DNA from: Vicugna vicugna
Lineage: Eukaryota
NCBI GenBank assembly: GCA_013265495.1
Contig: MU058844.1
Coordinates: forward strand, 3,601,895-3,665,894
Length of the DNA stretch: 64,000 nt
Direction: 5' to 3'
The position numbers and the translations under genes were made by a program. The notes below the pieces were generated by a model that was not told where the DNA came from, made no database searches, and was given only the letters and a program-made list of their open reading frames with translations. Of the stretch, positions 52,954 to 64,000 are shown piece after piece. The first letter of the stretch is position 1. Each line of letters begins with the position of its first letter.

Positions 52954-53589
52954 CCAAACGGTAATGGTCTTGCTTCCATTTTATAGATAAAGCCCTCGGT
53001 GGCTACACAGGCTGCTCAGGTCACGCAGCTAGAGTCAGGATTCAAAGCCCTGTCTCTCTGACCACCGACCATTCTCCTTTCACCATAGTTCTCTGCCTTA
53101 CAAAGTCTCGTGGTTATAAAGGAAAGAAGAAAAGAAAAGAAAAAGAAAACTCCGCTCCACTTACCAAAAGTAAGTTTCAATTATTTTCCCCATTAAATCT
53201 GAATATTTTATTCAGTTGAGAGAGAACCTTAGAAAACTTATTTCAAGTATATAAATTAGTCAGGGAACTTTTTCTCTCCCCCTGCCCCCATTGGAAGAGT
53301 TTCTACTATATGCAGTAGTTTCAGCCTCTGATATCATTATTATGAAATTCAAAAATAACATTGATTTTCATTTTGTTTGACCTCAAAGTGTACCTTGGAT
53401 TCTCGCCATCATCATAGGGAACATACGTAAAGCAGTTTGAAAGTCTGCTTTCTTCTAAGTCTGGCCTATTTTTTTTCCCCAAGCTATTGGGTAACCAGTG
53501 GCCTTTTCAACTTTCCCCAATTAACATATAACTAGATATGATAATCTGGAATTATGGCATATTAACTTTAGGAGCAAGAGCTCCTAGGA

Positions 53590-53810
53590 GTCTGGAGACC
53601 AACACTTCAGTTTGGGCTCTGCTTCTTAATAACTATGTGATCTGGAGGAAATCCTGTCTGCTCACTGAGCCTTGATTTCCCAGCCCATGAAAGAGAATAA
53701 TCAAGCCTCAATCCCCCACAAGAATGCTGTGAAGATAAAATAAAATAATGTATGGGAAAGCACTTTGTAAATTGAAAGGTAATATAGAGCTGTAAGTGGA
53801 TATTATTATT
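53590..53810 (+). mobile_element. MIR SINE
   Basis: gtctggagacc...actatgtgatctggagg...tgtgaagataaaataaaataatgtatgggaaagcactttgtaaa. Confidence 0.75.
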
Positions 53811-55729
53811 TATTTTATGAGCCAGGAGAAATCAAAGCCCTGGTTTCATTGCCAGGAGGATTTTTCCTCACAGCTCTAATTCTTAAAGCTTGGCTTTGCC
53901 GAGGTAATGAGTACTTTCCAAATAAAGATCCCTTTTACTGCTTTGGTGTTTGTGAACTTCCCTTTACTCTGATTCAAAGTCACATGGGAAGGTGCTCTTG
54001 TAAAGCCATTGTTTAATTTAGACTTTCATACTGTGGTGTATGTCCGGCTATTCTCTGGTTTCAGTCTCCGAGGAGCCTCTGAGGGCAGACTGTGCTTCAT
54101 CACCTTACATATAGTTTGGCAGCAAATGAGATGTTTTCAACAGGGGTGAAAAAACTTGCAGTAGGTAACCTGTCACCTCAAGGAAGAAGCACATCCTGTT
54201 CTAAAGAAGTTGCCTCCGAGCTGGCTGACTCTAACTGGGGTTTTTACTTATGACTCAGGCAGTAGCCTGGGATAAAGTTTTAAGGAGAGAGTTATTGTTA
54301 CAGTGAGAAGCCACCATACAAAGCTTTTTGGTAATGTAGATGTCTAGTCAGGATACTCAGTTCTGTTCATCAAGCCTAAAACTTTCCATGCCAATACACC
54401 AGAAGAGTGTCAAAATGACATTTAAATATCGTTAGGTGTAAGCAGACTTGCTTTACTTTTAATCGTGTGTGTGAAGGAATGAAGGCAATGGGTAGCTGAC
54501 TTGCTTTTTGTGCTAAACTTCACCTGTTAAACATGCTCTGATCCTGTTCTTCCTGAGTTTTTGGCCTTCAGGCATTGGAGCCAGGGGATGGAACAAGGTG
54601 CATCTTTTAAAGAAGTGAGGGGGCTTTTATAACCATGAGCCCACTGTCACTGCCTGAAGCACTGCAAAAGGTAGAAGAGCCAAAAACAATCTTGTATCTC
54701 CTGTCTCTTGCCTTTTGTGTTGTATTTTTACCAAACTCTGGGATAATAGTTTTGATAGCTGAGGGTTTGTTTATCATCATCCAGGGACCCCAGCACCAGG
54801 TCAGAGCTCTCAAAGTGTCCTGTCTACTGTAATTTTTCTCCTCTCTTGTCTATCCTAATTGATCACCTGGGATTGAATTTACAGTGTCAGGCCACAGAAT
54901 AGACAAGTTGTCTGCCATGGTAATATGGGTGTCAGCCACTTCCTGGAACCCACACCTGGGTGGTAGTCAATGCAGGCCTGAGATTCTAATATTATAACTC
55001 ATGGTTCTATTTTCTGTCCCTCAAATAGTGACTTCCTTTACAAGTTATAGATGAAAGTGAAAATTAACTACAATTAAATATTGGATTTGGGACTTCGAGG
55101 CAAGTAGCCTTAACCTTCCAATATCAAGAGAAGTAGAATTTTGTTTTTTAGTTTATTTTTACCCTGAGTTCCTGTTTTCATTAGCAGCACATTTTCTTTC
55201 TTTCTTTTTTTTAATAAGAGGCCTGGTGGATGAGAAATGTTCTATACTATGAATACTGTTGCCCTATAACCAAACAGTAAATGTGGCCAACTCTTTGTAA
55301 GATCTGTTCCAAGAATCTCTGGGATTCCCCACGTGGTGTCTCACAGGAGCACATGAACAAGTAGGTACAGCCAGCAATGAACACCTTGTCTGTCACCTAA
55401 AAACATTCAGAGACCAAATGACCTAATATCAGACTGGCTGTAGACAGGGCTTCTGATTTGAGTGTTAGGCTGGCTAAGCTTTCTTTAAATTTCAAAATTG
55501 TAAGAAGGGGAAGGTTCAAGAAATACGTAGGAGATAATACATGAGTTGGTTTGGCTGGTGTAGAGGGTTCACAGCATAGAGAAATTGAGCACAAAGCTGG
55601 AAGGATGCCTCGGTTTCTTTATTAATGCCATCTCACCCCTCAGTAAGGTGGCATCTCAATCTCTGGATATACCAATGCTAATTATTACAGGACATTTGAA
55701 AGCATGGATGAAAAGGTAGGGTGGCACTG

Positions 55730-55960
55730 CAGTGGAGAAGTTAACAGAGAGACTTAGGTTTGAATTCTACATCTGCCACATGCTAGCTGAGGGACTTTAG
55801 GGCAAGTAAAACATTGCTAGCCTCAGTTTCCTGATCCAGAAAGTAGCAATATAATAATTCACCCCAGAAGTTTGTGGGGATTAGGTAATAGAATGTGTCA
55901 GTATTAAATGTATAAAGCCATTCTCACACTGCCTGGCGCATGATGAACCATACATTTCAG
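55730..55960 (+). mobile_element. MIR SINE
   Basis: ggtttgaattctacatctgccac...gggcaagt...gcctcagtttcctgatc. Confidence 0.8.
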
Positions 55961-55969
55961 CAGCATTAT

Positions 55970-56520
55970 CTTACCAGATGGTGGAAACAGAGTTCTCACT
56001 GGTCTCCCTGCTTCTGCTCCAGCTCAGCCTCATTCTGTCCTCAACGCAGCAGTCAGGCTGGTCCTGTTAGCATATAAGTTGGTTGGTGTCACTTCTCTGC
56101 TCAAAACTCTCCAGGCATCCCCTGACCCCGTCGCAGTTTCACTCAGAGTTAAAGCCTCCTGATAGACAGCAGTCTTCTCTCACCTCTTCCTGTCACCTTG
56201 ACTCTACCTGCTGCAGCCTCACTGGCTTCCCGTGCTGTGCCTTAAACATTCCAGAAAGCTCTCCCCATCACCCAACACCCATTGTCTGCCCCCTCACCCC
56301 GTTTAGTTTTCTACCGAATAAGTCCCACCAACTAACCCTCTCTATATTTTACTTGCTTGTAGCATTGATTGGTTGTCTCCCCCACTAGAAGGTAAGCGCC
56401 AATGGGACAAAGATTTCTTTTTGCCTGCTTCGTCCATAGCTGTATCCCTAGTGCCTAAAACAGACCCTGGTATATAGCAGCCCTAAACGGATATTTGTTT
56501 AGTGTGTTTTGAATGACCGA
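55970..56520 (+). mobile_element. L2 fragment to 3' end
   Basis: ctcactggtctccctgcttc; cttctctgctcaaaactctcc; tgtctcccccactagaaggtaagc; gctgtatccctagtgcctaaaacag. Confidence 0.85.
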
Positions 56521-57086
56521 ACACATGGGAGCCATTAGTAGTGAATTAATGGGATCTCTTCATATCAGTACATGCACATGATTATTCATCCATTCAACAA
56601 ATATTGATTCAGCATATAACACGAGCCAGGATTACACCAGCTGCTGGGGAAAGAGCCAGAAATAAGACAGACATGGCCCTGTCCTCCTGGAGCTTATGGT
56701 CCCAGTGCTACCAGAATTTCACCGAGTAGATATTTCTAATTGTGGGAAGGTCACAGTTTTTTTTTTTATCATAATAACTTTAAGTATGAACTTTAACTGA
56801 AGTTTTCAGAATCTCTCAACATTATATCCCCAAACTTTAAAAAATTATGTTATTTATTTATTATTGTTATTTTCAAAAAGTATTTAGGGTAGAATTAGCA
56901 AATTGTCTTCTAACTTTTTTTAACCTGTGAAAGAAAAGAGTTCTAAATATCTCCCCAGTGATTGGACTTCATGAGTTAAATATTTTTTCTCATCCTGATG
57001 ATCAAATTAACATCACATTTAAAATCACATGTGATAACTTTTAGGTATACCCCAGGGCACTGTGATTTAGCAAAATGGTACTCAAG

Positions 57087-57740
57087 CTTCTACATGATTT
57101 TAATCTCATGATAATTTGACATGAGGTCTCGTCACAAAGCAAAGTTATCTCAGAGTCTGCAATTTTATCCACCTCTTGTGATTAGAATAGATATTTCAAA
57201 CTTCCCATTTCATTATTCTGAGCTCTAGCTCAGATTTTAAACATTATTACCAGATTTAATTTTAATGTTTTTTCATTCTCTGATTATAAGGGAGTAAGCT
57301 ATTAAGGGCTATTCAATCAGGTAAGTCAGCATCATGTAGGTTTTTAAATGATTCTTAGTTCATTTTTTGATTTGAATTTGTTCAAAATAGCCTCCCAATT
57401 ATTTAGTAGTTTTGATTTTAAAAATTACCATTCTGCCAATCTGCTACAGAGTATGATTTCAATAAGTCTCCTTCCTTCATGGTGTTTTTTCTGTGAAGGC
57501 ATTGCGCAGGGTTGCATTGGTCACACTGAATTTGCCATGTCAAACACAAGTAAGACAAGCTTCACCCATGCAAAGGAAACCGTCGCAGCTCAGAGTAATC
57601 AAGGGGGAGTTTAGAAAACTCCCGTTTCTGATCACAAGAGGTTAACGAAATTGTAAACTCTAGGATAATGTTACTTTGTGAAGAGACCTGGGTCAAATTA
57701 TCATGGGTAATGCTCACATGGAATTAAAATTAGGTAGAAG
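57087..57740. repeat. Long imperfect inverted repeat (arms ~57087-57224 and ~57587-57740); probable non-autonomous DNA transposon/foldback element
   Basis: Hand alignment of 57107-57187 with the reverse complement of 57626-57705 gives 65/81 identities; similarity continues on both sides. Confidence 0.9.
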
Positions 57741-58438
57741 GAAGTTCTAGTTGATTGTGATCTGGCCAATCTCAAAGATGTAACGATCAGATGTTTCACA
57801 TTTACTTGGGTTATATTTTGTCTTTGCACCGGTGTAACTGAAATTAAGGTCTATGTTTGGGAAACATATAATAGTTCAATGGCATCTTCTGCCCATTTTC
57901 TTAACAAGTGGGAAGCCAGATGCACCAAAAAGTAGGGAATAGGAAAAGGATAAAAGGTCTAATTTGTTAAACACAATGATAATGGTGAAAGTTGATAACA
58001 TAAAATTTTGAGCGCCAAATAAGAAAAAAGTCTCCTGTAAGTAAATTACAAAGGTAAAAGACTGAATCAGAAAATTTTTATTTAGTTCTAAGATCTAGTC
58101 TGCATTTACAGTTGATTGTATTCTATTCCTGTAGAAGTACAAAACAGATCATTCTCTCTCAAAGCATGCAGAAATTGCCACTTCCAAATAAAACTGCCAT
58201 AAAGAGTAGTTAACTTTTATTTACAAAACTGTCTCAGAGACATGAACCATAGTGTAAAAAAAAAAAAAAAAGAGGATCTGATGAAGTAAAGGGAGAATAT
58301 TCAGTTAATTTTCAAGGCTTCTATGGAGCATGATAAATTTTGTTGAAAGGCATTAGGAATATGAAAATAAATGGAGAGATGGATATATTGTGTTTGTGGC
58401 TTAGAAGATTAGGTATTGGAAAAATGTCAGTACTCCCC

Positions 58439-58770
58439 TGTCATGAGATGAATGTGTCCCCCCCAAAACTCGTATGTTCAGTTACAAAGCACAAGTACCT
58501 CAGAATGTGACTGTATTTAAAGACAGGCCTTAAAAGAAGTGATTAAGGCAAAGTAAGATCATATGCAAGGCCCTAATCCAGTACAACTGGGGGCTTTATT
58601 AGAAGAGGACACAGACATCACAGACCAAGGGGTGATCACACGAGGACAGGGAGAAGGCGGCCATCTGCAAGCCAAAGAGAGAGGCCTTAAAAGAAACCAA
58701 ACCTGCAGCATCTTAATCTTAGTATTCTAGCCTCCCAGAACAGTGAGAGCGAAATCCTGTTTAAGCAATA
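58439..58770 (+). mobile_element. MaLR LTR (MLT1B/C-like), 3'-truncated, next to an old L1 fragment (~58300-58438)
   Basis: gaatgtgtccccccc...tacctcagaatgtgactgtattt...ggccatctgcaagccaaagagagaggcc. Confidence 0.85.
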
Positions 58771-59334
58771 GTTAAAAACAAAACAAACAACTGTCAGATA
58801 GAAAATAAACTTGAAAAGCCCAAGAAAAGGAAAACTTTTCTCTGTAATATCTTGAAAAAATTCTAGACAGCCTTCAAGTTCCCACAGTGACTTTAGATGT
58901 AATAGGAAGGAAATCAGAAAACTCTTCAAAATCTTTCAGTGACTAGTACTTTGATTCTTAATAGCTCTCATCATAATTCTATTGTATTCAACAAAAACTT
59001 ACTCAGGACTTAGCATGTGACAGGTACTAAAAACACAAAAAGAAATGTGCCCTAATCCTGGATTCAATGAATTCACAGTTCAGTGAGAGTCATATGGATA
59101 TATAAAGAGGAAGCTAAAATGTATTGCCACAGAACTATCTGCTAGCCCTTTTGCGAGGGCATTTATATACTTAATTACTTTTCATCCTTATGGAAAAATT
59201 ACAAGGTAGATATTGTATCGAATAGCCATTTTAACTGGAGGGTCAGCTAGTGAGTAGGGGAGCTGAAATTCAGTGCTGAGTCTGTCTACCTCCAAAGCTC
59301 TGATTCTTTTCATCCCAGGATGCTGGAAAGAGAT

Positions 59335-59470
59335 GTATATATACACATACATACATACATAAATTTATATACACATACATAAGCGTGTATATATTTATAT
59401 CTACACTACACACAAAGACACAAACATGTACAAGCACTCATATGTATATGAGTCATACATACACATACAC
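59335..59470. repeat. Low-complexity (TACA/CA/TA)-type repeat
   Basis: tatatatacacatacatacatacata... Confidence 0.8.
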
Positions 59471-59502
59471 GGACGTATTTATTACCCAAATCACATGCAT
59501 TT

Positions 59503-60216
59503 GTTGTATTTTAAAAGCTCTTTTTAAATTTAGATTTTAGAGCGGTTTTAGATTCATAGCAAAGTTGAGGAGAAGGTACAGAGATTTCTCATGTATCCCC
59601 TGAGCCTACACATACATAACCACCCCATTATCAACATCCTCTACCAGAGTGGTCCATTCATTATAATTGATGAAACTACACTGACAAATCATAATCACTC
59701 AAAGTCCAAGGTGTACATTAGGGTTCACTCTTTGTGTTGTACATCCTATGGGTTTGGACAAATGCATAGTGACATGTCACTATCACTGTGGAATCATACA
59801 GCATATTTTCACTGTCATAAAAATCCTCTGTGCTCTGCCCATTTATCACCCATCTCCCCAAACCTTGGCAACCACTGAACTGTTTACTGTCTCCATTGTT
59901 TTGCTTTTTCCAGAATGTTATATAGTTGAAATATTACAGTATACAGACTTCTAAGATTGGCTTCTTTCACTTGTTTCCTCCACATGTATTCATGGCTTTA
60001 TAACTCATGTCTTTTTAGAGCTGGATAATATTCCATTGCCTGGATATACCAGTTTATTTATTTATTCACCTATCGAAGGACATCTTGGTTGCTTCCAAGT
60101 TTTGACAATGATAAATAAAGCTGCTGTAAACATCCATGTGCTGGTTTTTTCTTGTACATAGGTTTTCAACTCCTTTGGATACATACTAAGGAGTGTTGAT
60201 TGCTGGATCATATGGT
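59503..60216 (-). mobile_element. Old L1 3' end (L1MC-like) with remnant TSD
   Basis: ttttagagcggttttagattcatagcaaagttgagg...gacatcttggttgcttcca...ttgctggatcatatggta; aatcacatgcattt (59489-59502) vs aatcaaatgcattt (60217-60230). Confidence 0.9.
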
Positions 60217-60599
60217 AATCAAATGCATTTTTTTATGTGTTACACAAGGTTTTGGTAAATAGAACCTATATTTTATTCTTTTAAATGAAAAAACTAATGC
60301 ATTACCGGTGTATCCTATTTCATAATGCTATCACAATTTTAAATACTTACATAAAAATCTCTAAGTGATTTCTTATACAATGTAAAGTATTTTAAAAACC
60401 ACTAGTCTAATTACTTAATAATTAGTCAGTCATTAATGATTGAAAGCAAAAATGCAATAATATGCTGAATCAGATGTGACTTAAAATTTCCTCTGGAAAT
60501 ATTCAAGATACTGTAGAGAATCAATGAAATAATATGTTAAAGATACACAGTGAATTCAAATAACACTTAGGAAAATAAAATGAGTTCATTTAAAAATAG

Positions 60600-61850
60600 A
60601 CACTTACTGATTAAAGAATTGCTGAGTGAGGTTGGTGGTAAGAGGAGAGGAGAAAAATGGAGGTGTGGTCACTACACTCGTTTGGTGGTGAGTGAAGGTG
60701 AAGGAATGTGCTGGGGGAGGAGTTAGTGGAAAAGAATGTGCCTGAGGTTTATCTATGATCTATGTCCGGGTCCAGGAAATTGTGGACAGACCATGCCCTT
60801 GACTGTCGAGACACTGGAAGTGGATGACTATGAACCACTGTCTGAAGTCTTAAATGAAGCAGTGGGACAAAACAACCAACCAATTCAAAATAGACAGCTA
60901 TTGATGTGGACACCCCTGATACACTGTTACCCTGCAGCTGTTCTGATAACTGCATTTTTGCATGAGATGCATCTACACATGTCCTGGCCACTTTCAGTTG
61001 CCATGGCAATTGTTTTGTTCTTTTAAAGTTTTGGCATTGAATATTCATGCTCCTCTTCTTCCTCTTTCCCCAAGCAACAACCAACAATGAGCACTGACTT
61101 GAGTTCCTCAGGTATAAGTCCTGTACTGGTGATGCTAACAATATCTCTATCATTTTCAGTATCTTCATTGGTCCACTGAACCCAACTTCCTTAGCATAGT
61201 CTAAGATTCTGTCTTTATACCTTTTCCTCAAAACCTTACAAGTCAGCAACAAATGGCCAAACCAGTTTCTTATAATCTTCACTCCTTCTTATTGTGATTC
61301 TTATCTTCTAGCCTGGCTGATGAATCTGAGAGCCTTTTTGATATTTTGGAGGACACAATTCACGTGCCTCCTCAGATTCCTCTTGGCACTTCCTCCCTCT
61401 CATGGGCTACATTATTCTTCTGGTTGAACTCGGCCAACCACATGTCTTAATAAAAAGTTAGGACTTGATAAACATATGAGAAAACATATGATAAGGACAG
61501 GTGATGAAACTCCACTGGGAGGTAGGGGATGGGAAGGACCTGGAAAAATAAGTTTTAGCTCCCTTCTTCTTTCCAATGGACTGCTCCAAGACAAGGTTTC
61601 TATGTACAGCCTGAAGTCCCATCATGCCCTGTCCTAATGTATCCTAAAGGATTCATCTGCCTAGAAACTGAATGTGTCTTCTTGTAACACAGTACACACA
61701 GTTTACATCAGTGGCTAGCATGGTACTATATTACCTGCATTCCTTTTGATTCCTCACTTCCCTTTTCCCTTACTCATGCTGCCCTGGTATTACACATCCA
61801 TTAGCACTTAGTCTGTGCTTCAACTTTGTTTTCTAATAATCCAGGCCAAT
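60600..61850 (-). mobile_element. Probable ERVL-class remnant (internal gag-like sequence plus LTR-like end)
   Basis: Minus-strand gaagattataagaaactggtttggccatttgttgctg resembles the ERVL/MaLR gag 5' region; 61650-61850 resembles LTR16/33-class termini; assignment from memory only. Confidence 0.4.
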
Positions 61851-63289
61851 GGAGATATCAAATATCTTTCATAAATTCTCCATCAAAGCTCTGTTACCTA
61901 CTTCAGTCCTCTGCACAAGATATTGCATGGTGAGATGGTACACTGACCACCAGGTTATAAAAGTGACATGTTGTTGGAAGACAAAAAGACCACTAAGATA
62001 TTATTACTGTAATCACAGCACTAAAAGAATACCCAAGAACCTAGTCTAGTATCAAAGTAATCTTGTTTGTAAGATTTTTCTTCTTTGTGTGTACTTTGAT
62101 TGACAGTGATAGCTCCCTCTTCAAGTAATCATTAAATATTTTCTTTATCGTCCTTTATGATTTGTACTTAAGTAACTCACTCTTCAACATTTCTCTAAGG
62201 GCTTTGGGATTTTTCAAAGGTATTAGTTTAACATTGTCTTCACAATATCCATCTAAAATCCTGTCTTTGAAAGTATTTGAATTTTCTTGCAAATTTTCCT
62301 CTTCTTTTGAGATAAACGTGGCACTCATTTCCTAAATGAGTAGTTATCCCACTTTTATTACCATTGAATTTTGCCTATAGAATAAACCATTTAATTGCAA
62401 CTGCACTATTAGTGGAAATTGTTTCACCCATGACCTTCAACTTATGTTACTGCAGTGTTGCATACTCTTAAATCTCTTGGCCTATTGTGGACTTGTAAGT
62501 TCCATTTCTTCACTGAATCAATTCCCTGCTTCCTTACTTCTTTCCTAGTCCTTGAGGATATTCAATGCCTTCTACTTTAACATGCTGCTCAATGGTATAC
62601 CCTGACAACTATTAATTCATTACCCCCAAGAAACCTCTAGTTTCTCAAAAAATAATGTGTTGTGCTTCGGTAACATGATGAAACTTTCTAAAACTAATAA
62701 TATTTAGAGAAATTATTATTAAAAATTATTATGTGGTAATGGTGGCACATGTGTGGCCAAGAATTTGTTTTGATATATGTGTTAACATTTCTATTTTCCT
62801 TCAGATATGTGCCTGTTCTGGAACTCTTAGGTTCATCTCACTTCTCTACAGCCTTTTCCACTTTCTTAAAAAACATTTTTCCTTAAAATGTGGGGAAGAT
62901 GGATTATAATATGTTCAAACATAGGGTATGCAGAGAGCCAGGTGAGATACATCCTCTTGCCTGCATTATTGCCTATTTTCACATTTTCATTAGTGTGCTG
63001 GGCATATTTAATAAGATGGATTTGTAACATAGACAGTAAATTTTGTGTGAAAACTGTCTGCAGTTCATCTGGACAAATGTACGAGTGGTAAGAATTCAGA
63101 CAGTAAGGGATAGCTATATGTGTGAAATATTCTGCTATTTCTATGAACAAGATAAATATGAGAATACAGAGAAGTGATAAATATTGCTTGGATAGGATAT
63201 GAAAAATAAAGTCAAGAGGGGGCCTAGGAGGTGGGATGATGAGCTTGGGGAATCAGAATAAAGGGGTTGACATTTGAGGTAGCATAAAG

Positions 63290-63522
63290 AAGAGGTAAGG
63301 GGTAACTTTTGAAGCAATCCCTGATTTCCCACCTGGCCCCAGAGATTACTCACCCTCCTCTGACCTCTAACAGTCCACCTCTAATTTGTCTCTACTATGA
63401 CATGCATCACACCACACAGTAATGTTTACATATTTGCCTTAACCATGATCAACCTTACTTATCTTTTTCCCATCCTAAGAGAATGCTTGGGACAATACAA
63501 AGCTCAGTAAATTTGTTGAGTT
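63290..63522 (+). mobile_element. L2 3' end
   Basis: cctaagagaatgcttgggacaatacaaagctcagtaaatttgttgag. Confidence 0.65.
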
Positions 63523-64000
63523 ACTTATTTAACTTTTGTTGAGCACTTCCTATATCCCAGGCATTATTCTAGGCATTGAGAAAGAGCAATGAATCAAATC
63601 AAAAAGCGTATGCCCTCATAACACACTTCATTGGGTTTGTTTTTGTAATAAGAGATTATGACATTAACACAGTTAATATACATGATTATATATGAGCTGT
63701 AATAATTAAGTCAGGAGATAAACTAAATTTCCAGTAATGGCAAGTGCCATGCAGAAAACAGATCAGAGTAAGAGGTTAGAGAAGGACTGGGAGTGCCATC
63801 TTGGATGGGTTGGTCAGGGAAGGTCTCTTTGATGAGGGAACATTTGAGAAGAGGTGTGAATGAAGTGACAGAGTGAGTGTGACTAAGGAAGAAACAATGT
63901 GACTAATTTAAGTGTGACTATCTAAGGAAGAAACAATGTGACTATCTAAGGAAGAAATTTCTAAGCAGAGAACATGGTGAGTCCAAAGACCATGAGATGG
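63523..64000 (-). mobile_element. L2 3' region, antisense, running off the window
   Basis: ttgagcacttcctatatcccaggcattattctaggcattgag; ggtcagggaaggtctctttgatgagggaacatttgag. Confidence 0.85.

Noticed and set aside
60749..61282. 177-aa minus-strand ORF as a host or domesticated gene
   Set aside because: GTG start, no recognisable domain, within a probable ERVL remnant
62804..63087. Plus-strand AG...GT-bounded segment overlapping a 67-aa ORF
   Set aside because: No recognisable protein; consistent with a chance pseudo-exon next to decayed LINE sequence

Overview
Mammalian (eutherian) non-coding genomic DNA: AT-rich, CpG-depleted, with no CpG island. It is dominated by ancient interspersed repeats (L2, MIR, L3/CR1, MaLR/ERVL LTRs, hAT MERs, a Tc2/pogo transposase fossil) plus several younger L1 fragments, some with readable target-site duplications (TSDs). 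I found no recognisable host protein-coding exon, tRNA, rRNA, snRNA or CRISPR array. The only ORF in the supplied track with a clear identity is an L1 ORF2 fragment (45108-45581). The L1 3' ends look cetartiodactyl-like, and I saw no Alu, B1/B2, Bov-tA/BovB, PRE-1, CHR-2, ERE or Can-SINE; a camelid origin is my tentative inference. The window looks like an intergenic region or a large intron. I found no convincing new biological system. The most interesting structures are a ~650-bp element with ~140-bp inverted arms (57087-57740), a tailless internal L1 ORF2 fragment bounded by an exact 15-bp TSD, a three-part inverted L1 chimera, a tail-to-tail L2 hairpin, and two splice-site-bounded candidate exons. 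Repeat family names come from recalled consensus motifs, not a database search. Boundaries are approximate unless a TSD is given.
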